DNA of 64,000 nucleotides from Candidatus Ozemobacteraceae bacterium (GTDB lineage Bacteria; Muiribacteriota; Ozemobacteria; Ozemobacterales; Ozemobacteraceae): NCBI GenBank assembly GCA_965140445.1, contig OZ223236.1, positions 3,104,001 to 3,168,000 of the forward strand, read 5' to 3'. Shown piece by piece: positions 1 to 8,273 of this stretch (position 1 is its first letter; each line of letters starts with the position of its first letter). The notes under the pieces were generated by a model. It saw only the letters and a program-made list of their open reading frames with translations, ran no database searches and was not told where the DNA came from. The position numbers and the translations under genes were made by a program.

Positions 1-729
1 GAAACAAAAAAATGGAAGCAGATTGATTCTTTTGAGAAATTCAATTTTTCTGAAGAATTAAAAAAAGAAACCATTATTGATTTTACCGAGGAACAAAGAA
101 AATCGCTTAGTTTGCCTTTTTTTGGAACCAAAATTCTTTGTGTTGGAAGAAATTACTGTAAGCATGCTGAGGAAATGGGTAATGAAATGCCTGTTCGTCC
201 TTTATGGTTCACAAAGCCTTTGAGTTCCTTGTTGGCTGATGGCGGAAATATCGAAATCCCAATGGGATTTGGGCAAATTGATTATGAAGGAGAGCTTGCC
301 CTGGTTATTAAAAAGAAATGTAGAAATGTAGATCCTTCAAAAGCAGGGGAATTTATATTTGGGATTATTCCTGCTTTAGATATAACAGCAAGGGAGCTTC
401 AGAAAAAAGATGGACAATGGACCAGAGCTAAGGGATTTGATACTTTTTGTCCATTAGGCCCCGTAATTGCACCCTGGGATTCACGCTGGAATTCAGCTGG
501 TATAAAAACATTGAAAAATGGAAAAATTGTTCAACAAGACAGTCTTTCATCCTTGGCTTTTGATTTTGAGACCCTAATTTCTGACATTTCAAATTGTATG
601 ACTTTGGAAAGGGGCGATTTGATATTGACTGGAACTCCTGCCGGCGTAGGACCAATCGTTCCAGGTGACCATCTTGAAGTTCATTTAGAAGGTCCAACAA
701 TTTTAGAGTTAAGTGCAAATTGCATCTAG
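1..729 (+). CDS. Fumarylacetoacetate hydrolase family protein (5' partial)
   Basis: Motifs KILCVGRNY, DYEGEL, DITARELQ, WTRAKGFDTFCPLGP, GDLILTGTPAGVG; frame is open from base 1, so the true start lies upstream of the window. Confidence 0.92.
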   Translation, partial: ETKKWKQIDSFEKFNFSEELKKETIIDFTEEQRKSLSLPFFGTKILCVGRNYCKHAEEMGNEMPVRPLWFTKPLSSLLADGGNIEIPMGFGQIDYEGELALVIKKKCRNVDPSKAGEFIFGIIPALDITARELQKKDGQWTRAKGFDTFCPLGPVIAPWDSRWNSAGIKTLKNGKIVQQDSLSSLAFDFETLISDISNCMTLERGDLILTGTPAGVGPIVPGDHLEVHLEGPTILELSANCI

Positions 730-742
730 AAAAGGTTTCTAA

Positions 743-772
743 TTGACATACTGAGCTGAAATTTTATATATT
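743..772 (+). promoter_or_regulatory. Putative sigma70 promoter
   Basis: TTGACA-18 bp-TATATT ahead of GGAGG and ATG 799. Confidence 0.45.
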
Positions 773-798
773 GCCTTTTTCCTAAGCTGGAGGCTGAA

Positions 799-1752
799 AT
801 GAAAAGTGTTTTTAAGTGTATTGCTTTATTTGGTTTGTTAATGTTTTTTCTTCCAACCCTTTTAATGGGTAAAACAGGCATTGTAAAAGGAAGTTACATA
901 AATATCCGCAAGGAACCTAAATTTAATTCCCCACTAATCGGGAAAAAAATGCGGGGAGATCGATATACCGTAGAATTTGAAAAAAACAACTGGGTTCGTG
1001 TTGCCTTTGAAGACGGTATGACAGGCTGGCTTTATAAGACCTTGATTGAGCGACGAGAAGAAGTCATTGAAGAAGGCAAAGCTAAAGCTGAAGCTGCTGA
1101 AAAAGAGAAAAAAAATACAGGTCAGAAAAAAGCAAAAACGCCAGAGAAAAAAGAAAAAGAAGTAAAGGAAAAAACTCCTAAAAAAGCTGCAGAAAAGAAA
1201 GAAAAAGTAAAAAAAGAAATAAACAAAGCTGATGCAGCAAAAGTGGTAGAAACTTCAGGAAGCGCTGAGGAACTATATAATGAAGCAATTAAACTTTACG
1301 AAAAACGTAAATTTGCTGAAGCGCTTGATAAGAACAAGCTTGCTTTCAAAAAAGCTCCTCAAAACGCTGAAATTCTCAACAACATAGGTAATTGTCTTTT
1401 TAAAATGGGAAGAATAGAAGAAGCGCTTGATTCCTGGAAAGACGCTTTAAAGATTTCCCCCAAATCAGGTAAAATTTGCAACAACCTTGGAATCGCTTAT
1501 TATCAACTCGATCAAAACAAAAAGGCAATTGAATATTATAAAAAAGCTATTTTGTTTGAGCCACAATTCCCTGATCCTTATTACAATATTGCATCAGTTT
1601 ACGGATTCTCTGGAAAATTTGAAGATGCTATTCTTAATTACCAGAAATACCTTGAGTTTTCTCCAGATTCGACAATGAAAAAGCTGGCAGAGGAACGAAT
1701 CGACTACTGCCAGCGTCAAGTTGATAAAAAGGCTAAGACTAAGAAAAACTAA
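799..1752 (+). CDS. Exported SH3b domain, Lys/Glu-rich linker and TPR repeat protein
   Basis: Signal peptide; INIRKEP...WVRVAFEDGMTGWL (bacterial SH3); about 4 TPRs (NNIGNCLFKMG, NNLGIAYYQL). Confidence 0.85.
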   Translation: MKSVFKCIALFGLLMFFLPTLLMGKTGIVKGSYINIRKEPKFNSPLIGKKMRGDRYTVEFEKNNWVRVAFEDGMTGWLYKTLIERREEVIEEGKAKAEAAEKEKKNTGQKKAKTPEKKEKEVKEKTPKKAAEKKEKVKKEINKADAAKVVETSGSAEELYNEAIKLYEKRKFAEALDKNKLAFKKAPQNAEILNNIGNCLFKMGRIEEALDSWKDALKISPKSGKICNNLGIAYYQLDQNKKAIEYYKKAILFEPQFPDPYYNIASVYGFSGKFEDAILNYQKYLEFSPDSTMKKLAEERIDYCQRQVDKKAKTKKN

Positions 1753-3602
1753 GGAGCTTTATTTAAGTTATATAAAGAACCGGATTTGGTTTTTACCAGC
1801 AAGCCTGTTTCTGTAAGTTTTAAAGCATTTGTGGAGAGTTCACCAGCAACGTGGACTCTCCATTTTTCATGGATGCTACCTATGTGAAGACAATGAACCC
1901 ATCCATCCATTGTGCCAATATACATAAGCTTTTCATCAAAAACAGGAGTTGTTGAAAAAATACGGTTTTTGCTTTCAAAGATAGATTTAACTTCTTTTTG
2001 CTCAGGATCGATTTTAAAAACATTTTCCCTGTAAGCAACTATTCCTTTTTCGAGATCTGAAACCATAGGTATTATATTAATTCTATTGGGAATTACGGTT
2101 TCAGAAAAAATAACTTTTCCACCATCCTGTTCTACATTGTAGTATTTCCCATCATCATTAATAAAAGAAATAGTTCTTTCTCCCCAGAAAGGCTTAGAAA
2201 CCATGGTGAAGTCTTTATTAACCGCCTGGAAAATCTGTCTGCCGTCGTTGGCTGACAAAATTTTCATTTGTCCCGTCATAAAAGAAACCAGCAATTTCTC
2301 ATTTCTGTATTCAAGAAATGCTCTTTGTCCTTTTCCATTATGCTTTGGAGTGTCATGTTCATAAATCCAGGTCTGATCCCCTGTTTCTTTGGAAATACAT
2401 TTCACTCGGCCGTTGTAACAACTGAAAAATAAGCTGCTTTCATTTTCTGCAAACAAAGAAGATTCTAGATAAGTTTCCGGAAATAGTCGGTTAGCTCTAA
2501 TCTTTACATCAATTGATTTAAGCCAGATTTCTTTCCCGGTTTTTAAATCATGTAAAGCCACATAACCGTAGTCATAGAAAACCAGGAACTGATCTCCTTT
2601 TTTTAAATATTCTATTTTTAAAGGAATATTACTAAAAGAAGACTTTTTATCTTCAGGAATTTCAAGATCGGGAAAAACTGATGGGAAGTTAACTTCCCAG
2701 AGTTTTGCTCCTAGATCCGAAGCGTAGCCTTTTAAACCGGTATTGTTACTAAGAATTGGAACTTCGGAATCCTGCCAGCCATATTGAATAAAAGACTGTC
2801 CTTCAGATCGTTTTTTCTTAATAGTTCCTGTTTTAAAATCAATTACTTTGGTAAATTTATCATTTGAGATACTAACCATCTTCTTAGAATAAATTGTGGC
2901 AGAAGGCGTTAGAGCCAGGTATTTTTCCATTGGTGAGTAAGTTTGATAAACCTTCCAATAAACCTTTTCGGCAGTTCTTTCTGACGCATTTGAATAAAAA
3001 TGAAAACCCAATTGAACTCCAAGAATTAGAGCTATAGCTCCGAGAAAACCGGCCCATTTGCCATCTCCCCATTCTCTGCCAAAAAAAGCTTCAAAAAAAG
3101 ACTTTGTTAAAAGAGAAAAGAAAAATTGAATTACTATTGATAAAAAGAAAATTCCACTTGTAATACCTGACATTAAAAGTGGGTAAGGAACATCCTTTCG
3201 GCTCCAGGCAGCTTTTAAAATTGAGGAAAAGCTCTGAAAGTTTTCTATCATAGGAGTATAGAAATCGCCAAACCAGGCGGTAAAAATTCCAGAAACAAAA
3301 AACACTGCTATGAGAGAAGAATAGGTTATTGATCTCATCAACATTTGTAAGAACAGGAATAAAATTCCAATAGCAGCTAAAAAGATATAAGTGGAAAAAC
3401 TTGCAAATGGAAAAGTTGAAAAAGTTCCGAAGCTTTTTCCAAGATAGTAAAGTTGAATACTTATTATCAAAGCAAGCGGCATCATTAAGAAAAAGTTTTT
3501 TAATGTTTCAACCAGACGGTTTGGTTTGACCTTTTCTTTTTTTGTTTCACCCTTAATTAGGGATGTTACAGGGTTAGAGTTTGCAATTGGGACTTCGTCC
3601 AT
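1749..3602 (-). CDS. Membrane protein with C-terminal PQQ/BamB-like beta-propeller
   Basis: About 5 N-terminal TM segments; repeated DxKTGKxxW-type blades (DLKTGKEIW, SKETGDQTW, YIGTMDGWVHCL). Confidence 0.75.
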   Translation of the reverse strand: MDEVPIANSNPVTSLIKGETKKEKVKPNRLVETLKNFFLMMPLALIISIQLYYLGKSFGTFSTFPFASFSTYIFLAAIGILFLFLQMLMRSITYSSLIAVFFVSGIFTAWFGDFYTPMIENFQSFSSILKAAWSRKDVPYPLLMSGITSGIFFLSIVIQFFFSLLTKSFFEAFFGREWGDGKWAGFLGAIALILGVQLGFHFYSNASERTAEKVYWKVYQTYSPMEKYLALTPSATIYSKKMVSISNDKFTKVIDFKTGTIKKKRSEGQSFIQYGWQDSEVPILSNNTGLKGYASDLGAKLWEVNFPSVFPDLEIPEDKKSSFSNIPLKIEYLKKGDQFLVFYDYGYVALHDLKTGKEIWLKSIDVKIRANRLFPETYLESSLFAENESSLFFSCYNGRVKCISKETGDQTWIYEHDTPKHNGKGQRAFLEYRNEKLLVSFMTGQMKILSANDGRQIFQAVNKDFTMVSKPFWGERTISFINDDGKYYNVEQDGGKVIFSETVIPNRINIIPMVSDLEKGIVAYRENVFKIDPEQKEVKSIFESKNRIFSTTPVFDEKLMYIGTMDGWVHCLHIGSIHEKWRVHVAGELSTNALKLTETGLLVKTKSGSLYNLNKAP

Positions 3603-3710
3603 TTTTTATCTCCTGTAAGCGATCTAGGATATAGAACAATTTTTTCCACTATCGACCATCTTCTAAAGTTGTGTAATGAACAATAAAAAAAAATGTTTCA
3701 AAGTCTTTCC

Positions 3711-3739
3711 TTGACACGTATTTAAACTGGAAATAGAAT
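3711..3739 (+). promoter_or_regulatory. sigma70 promoter
   Basis: TTGACA-17 bp-TAGAAT; AGGAGG before TTG 3797. Confidence 0.7.
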
Positions 3740-3796
3740 GTAAAATGTTATATCAGTGACTTCCTCGAATTGAGAGGTATTTGAAGGAGGCTTCCA

Positions 3797-5782
3797 TTGC
3801 CATCAATGGTCCATCACCTTTTCTTTATGCTAGCTAACGAGAAAGATTCGGAGCTAGAAGCATGCGAGTATTTAGACGTATTTGCGAAAAAATGTGGTTT
3901 TCAGGCTGATACTGTCGATGAAATGCGTTTGGCTTTTATTGAAGCATTGATTAATGCTAAAGAACACGCGCCAAAGGAAATGCCTGAGGCAGAAAAAGCA
4001 TTAATTCACGTTGCTTTAACGTTTGAAAATGAGCTCTTAAAAATTCAAATCAGGGATTTTGGTCGAGGTTTTGATCCAACAGTTGTTGAAAAACCAGACA
4101 TTAGAAAAAAATTGAAATCCTCTCACAAACGTGGGTGGGGATTAATGCTAATGGAAAGACTTATGGATGGTGCAGAAATTAGTTCGTTCCCGCCATCTGG
4201 AACTTTAATTCAACTTATCAAGAAAAGAGTTGTTACAACTAATGAACCACCTGCTGAAATTGATGCAGCACGAGAGCATAAACGCCTGGAAAGGCTAAAA
4301 TATATTCTTGGAAGCTTTATTGATCTAAGCTCTTTCCTTTGTCAGAGCAAAGATTTGAAAGCCGGACTTAGATCTATGCTGCGCATTCTGCTTGGAACAC
4401 TTGGAGTTTCAAGAGGTGCTATCTACACGTTCGAAGACAGTAACGAAAATCTTGATTGTCTTGTGGATATCAAACTTAAGGCAAATACAAGGCTTCCAAA
4501 TGCCAGAATTGCACCGGACGTTTTTAACAAGCTGGCTTCTATTGATGATGGTGAAGTAACTGAAATTATCAAAAATGAAATTCCGGCCTTTAAAGAAACC
4601 TTTAAAGAAAAAGAAATAGAACAGGTTTATCTGCTTAGAACAGATAATCAGAACCTTGGTCTATTGATTCTTGGAAATAGGTTCCGCAAAGATGAAGAAG
4701 AGATTTTGGATAAAGATCTTCTTTCTACTCTCTCAAGAAATATTTCCTCTGCAATTCATACTTTCCGACTTATGCATGATTTAAAAAGTGCTAACGAAAA
4801 GCTTGATGGCAGGATAAAGGAATTGGATGCGGTCAGAGAAGCAAGTCAAACCATTTCCTCTGAACTTGAAATTGAAAATTTACCTTCAACCGTTGAGGGG
4901 ATTTTCAAAAGCATCATGAATATCCAAAAATTCTCTATGGCTATTTTTGATCCTACAGAAAATCGCTACATTGTTTGTCAGAATGATAGAAATCTGCCTT
5001 CGAACCTTGATTTGTGGTCCTCAGCCATATCTCAGCATGTTGTGCAAAAAATGGAAGCTATTTATGTCCCTGACATTAAATGTGAACAGCGATTTAATTT
5101 TACCAGATCAAAAAATTATAGCTCAGAATCTTTCATGGTAATTCCTGTTATTGTACAGGATGAAGTTCTTGGATTAGTTAATCTAACAGATAAGGACGGA
5201 AACGGAACCTTAACTGAAAGAGATTTTGAACTTGCAAAACTTCTTTGTAGCCAACTTGGTATTGCTCTTAAGAATGCTAACCTTTACAAAAGAGGCATTA
5301 CTGATGGACTAACCAGATTGTACACCAACCACTACTTTAAAATGAGACTTGCTCAGGAAATCTCAAGAGTAAGAAGAGTAAAATCATCTCTTTCTATAAT
5401 TATGGTTGGAATTGATAATATAAATGACTTGCTGGAAAGAAATGGCTCTGGATTCAGAGATCAGGTTCTTGTTAAAGCTGGGGCGACAATCAAGAAAGTA
5501 ATACGCTTTAACGATCTTCCTTGCAGGTTTGAAGGCGAAAAGTTTTCGATTATTCTCCCTGACACAGGGGTCTCCGGCGCTGAAACTGCAGCAAATAAAA
5601 TACTTGAAAGCTTCAGAAGCCTCGTAATTAAAAATAAAGATGTGGAAGAAAAGGTTTTAGTGAGTGTTTCCGTTTCTTTGTTTGAAGTTAACATGAATAT
5701 TGGCCAGCTTGTAGAAAAGGCTGAAAGACTACTGAAAACTGCAAAAGAAAAGGGTGGAGACCAGGTCATTATTGAGAATTAA
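3797..5782 (+). CDS. RsbW-like HATPase, two GAF domains and degenerate GGDEF domain
   Basis: N-box EALINAKEHA, G1 IRDFGRGFD, G2 GWGLMLM; GAF SFMVIPV..LGLVNL; GGDEF-like DGLT...RFNDLPCRFEGEKF. Confidence 0.85.
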   Translation: MPSMVHHLFFMLANEKDSELEACEYLDVFAKKCGFQADTVDEMRLAFIEALINAKEHAPKEMPEAEKALIHVALTFENELLKIQIRDFGRGFDPTVVEKPDIRKKLKSSHKRGWGLMLMERLMDGAEISSFPPSGTLIQLIKKRVVTTNEPPAEIDAAREHKRLERLKYILGSFIDLSSFLCQSKDLKAGLRSMLRILLGTLGVSRGAIYTFEDSNENLDCLVDIKLKANTRLPNARIAPDVFNKLASIDDGEVTEIIKNEIPAFKETFKEKEIEQVYLLRTDNQNLGLLILGNRFRKDEEEILDKDLLSTLSRNISSAIHTFRLMHDLKSANEKLDGRIKELDAVREASQTISSELEIENLPSTVEGIFKSIMNIQKFSMAIFDPTENRYIVCQNDRNLPSNLDLWSSAISQHVVQKMEAIYVPDIKCEQRFNFTRSKNYSSESFMVIPVIVQDEVLGLVNLTDKDGNGTLTERDFELAKLLCSQLGIALKNANLYKRGITDGLTRLYTNHYFKMRLAQEISRVRRVKSSLSIIMVGIDNINDLLERNGSGFRDQVLVKAGATIKKVIRFNDLPCRFEGEKFSIILPDTGVSGAETAANKILESFRSLVIKNKDVEEKVLVSVSVSLFEVNMNIGQLVEKAERLLKTAKEKGGDQVIIEN

Positions 5783-5793
5783 CTTAGCTAATT

Positions 5794-5839
5794 AAAAAAA
5801 ATCAGCGCTTTCAAAAATTGAAAGCGCTGATTTTTTTTT
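5794..5839. terminator. Bidirectional intrinsic terminator
   Basis: A8-TCAGCGCTTTCAA-aaa-TTGAAAGCGCTGA-T9 between convergent genes. Confidence 0.9.
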
Positions 5840-5885
5840 GCCTTATTTGGGAGTTAAAAAACAGGAATTAGTATTTAATCCTGGA

Positions 5886-7211
5886 TCAATAATTTTGTGC
5901 CGGTGGCGGGTTGTCAATTCTGTTAATGGCAGCAGATATAGAGGGCAAACCGAAGCCATTTTCATAATCTGGACCCATTTGACCAATATCAAGACTGGTA
6001 GCTTTTATGGCATTTAAGATTAGCTCAATATGCATTTCTGGATATCTTTGCTTGAGCAAGGTTATAACTCCTGCAAAATGAACTGCAGCCTGAATTGTAC
6101 CGCTTCCGTATCTATATTCATCTACCATCGTTGGGCCAAGAACCGCCAGGCCAGGCTCCATAAAATCTGGTTTCAAAATCTTTTGATTTTCAAAAATTGC
6201 TGGTCCAATCCCTGAAAAGTATGCTCTGCTTTTCCAGCGATCAATTGCTCCTATTGTGACAACATAGGGGAGTGCCGCCATTCCTCTTATTCTACTGGGG
6301 TTGTTGCCAGCAGGTACAATTGGTAAAATTCCTACATTTCTAATTGCTGCTAAAGCTCTTTGAAAAGCAATAGGGCACGTTCCATTAAAATCCAGCATGA
6401 AAACAATTGCTGTAGGGGCTGAGCCATGTTCAGGGCTAAGTATCCACTCAAGTGATTTCATTAGAGATATGTTTTTATCTGAATCCTTATCAATTAGTGC
6501 AAGGGTAATGCTTGCTAATGGAGCAATTCCAGTAAAACTCTTGGATTCAGAACCGGCCAAAATACCAAGAGGATGAGTTAGGTAAAGATCAGATCTTTTG
6601 CTAACAAGTGAAACTACCTCAGTTGATTCTGTGGCTACAGATGAAAATTCCTTTACTGTAAGAAGAGTTTTCTTGAGGCAGACATGATCAAGAGTATTCT
6701 TAAAAGCTACGACTCCTATTCGGGTTCCCTGGCCTTTTAAGTCATACAGGTTTTGTAATAAAAAAGACCCGGATAATTCGTGGTTCCATAAGATTTTTTG
6801 TGGTTCTGTATTTTCTGTTGGACTTGCAAGTATAGAAGGTATTCTCTGAAGATTACTATCGGAGCTGCTGATCAAAAATTCAGGAAAATCCTGCTCCAAT
6901 TTTAATGAAAAATCCCTTTCTAATTCAAGAAAAAGACCGCCTGCTAACCAGGAGGAGTAGTTTGCAATGCTGTTGAATGAATTTAGTTCTGATAAATATG
7001 CGCTTCCTATTTCTTTAAGCGATTCAAGGTCGGAAGTAGTAGGCTTGGTGTTTTCAAAAATTCCTGTCTTTATTAAAGCTTTTTGACCAGCCTCAGAGAA
7101 AGAAAGAAACCGGGAATCACAGATTCCCGGTGTATAAGCGATTGAGAAGATTAAAATGTAAGACAGTATCTTAAGGGCAGAAATTGCTTTTTTGATACTG
7201 CTATTGTTCAA
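5886..7211 (-). CDS. S8 subtilase-fold protein, catalytic triad degenerate, N-terminal signal/anchor
   Basis: GIAPLA, PAGNN, VVTIGA, KPDFMEPG, SGTIQAAVHFAG, ENGFGL; TTG start with AAGGAG. Confidence 0.8.
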   Translation of the reverse strand: MNNSSIKKAISALKILSYILIFSIAYTPGICDSRFLSFSEAGQKALIKTGIFENTKPTTSDLESLKEIGSAYLSELNSFNSIANYSSWLAGGLFLELERDFSLKLEQDFPEFLISSSDSNLQRIPSILASPTENTEPQKILWNHELSGSFLLQNLYDLKGQGTRIGVVAFKNTLDHVCLKKTLLTVKEFSSVATESTEVVSLVSKRSDLYLTHPLGILAGSESKSFTGIAPLASITLALIDKDSDKNISLMKSLEWILSPEHGSAPTAIVFMLDFNGTCPIAFQRALAAIRNVGILPIVPAGNNPSRIRGMAALPYVVTIGAIDRWKSRAYFSGIGPAIFENQKILKPDFMEPGLAVLGPTMVDEYRYGSGTIQAAVHFAGVITLLKQRYPEMHIELILNAIKATSLDIGQMGPDYENGFGLPSISAAINRIDNPPPAQNY

Positions 7212-7228
7212 TTAAAGCTCCTTGAGAA

Positions 7229-8098
7229 TTAACCCTGAATTCCAGTAACTACTTCTTCGCCAGTAGGTTCATGAAGGATTTCATAAGTTTCGCCAGTTTT
7301 TTCCCATTCTCCGCTGTTTGACCAGCCTGAGCTTTTTGATCTGAGGAGTTCAAACCAAATTTTGTTAATTTCAAATTTTCTGTTAGTTTTTGTTGTAATT
7401 GCATTAACTCTCTGGAAAGTTACGTTAAAGCAAATCATTGGCTGTCCACCAACATTCATTTGGAACTGTTCTGAAACTTTAAGATTTTTGATTAATCCGC
7501 CAGTAAGCCAGCCTTTTAATATGTTAAGAACATCAATTGAAACTGTAAGGTTTACATTCCATGTGGTAGAGATAGAATGCTCTTCCTGCTGCCATGTAAC
7601 GCCTTTGTATTCGCGTTTTGTTTCGCGACCTTTGCGATATTTGTATCCAGGTTCGGTGTAACCATAACCAGGGAAATATTCACGAAATTTTTCTTCGCTA
7701 AGTATTTCTTTGAAATCCTGGCTAATTTCAACTTTCATGTAACCAAGAGCTGGATAAACAGCAGGGCGAACGCTTACTTCAAGACTTTTGTAAATTTCGC
7801 TTAGAAGTTCTATTTCTCCAAGCTGCTTTTTCTTGAGTGATTCAAGGATTCTTTTGCCAATGACAACACTCTTTTTTGAGTGATTTTCCATGGCTTTTAC
7901 CCAGTTGCTTTCATTTTCTGGGGTTTCATTGTTGATGTAAACATCATAAAGATCCTGAATTTCCCAATAATTAGAAATTACTCTAAAAATTTTGCATTGA
8001 AATTCGAAAAGATTATCGTCAGGTGTTAACCCGTCGAAAGCCTGCACTTGAGCGCAGATCAACATTAAAAAGATAAATACGATTGACTTAAATTTCAT
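7229..8098 (-). CDS. Secreted hypothetical protein with beta-strand-rich C-terminal half
   Basis: Signal peptide MKFKSIVFIFLMLICAQVQA after GGAGGAG; ORF open from 8116. Confidence 0.7.
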   Translation of the reverse strand: MKFKSIVFIFLMLICAQVQAFDGLTPDDNLFEFQCKIFRVISNYWEIQDLYDVYINNETPENESNWVKAMENHSKKSVVIGKRILESLKKKQLGEIELLSEIYKSLEVSVRPAVYPALGYMKVEISQDFKEILSEEKFREYFPGYGYTEPGYKYRKGRETKREYKGVTWQQEEHSISTTWNVNLTVSIDVLNILKGWLTGGLIKNLKVSEQFQMNVGGQPMICFNVTFQRVNAITTKTNRKFEINKIWFELLRSKSSGWSNSGEWEKTGETYEILHEPTGEEVVTGIQG

Positions 8099-8273
8099 TT
8101 CTCTATACTCCTCCATCGCTTATTGTTCTTATTAGAGTTCGTTCTGAAAAAAGTATAACAAGCATATCGGAATCCTGCAATAGAAGCGGGAGTGACAAGT
8201 TTTTAATGACATAAAGGGCTTTAAAGAGCCAAGGAATAGCAAAATTAGATAAAAACGTTACAAAAAATATGCG

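Noticed and set aside
1060..1245. A-rich low-complexity tract as a DNA repeat element
   Set aside because: Encodes the Lys/Glu linker of the SH3-TPR protein
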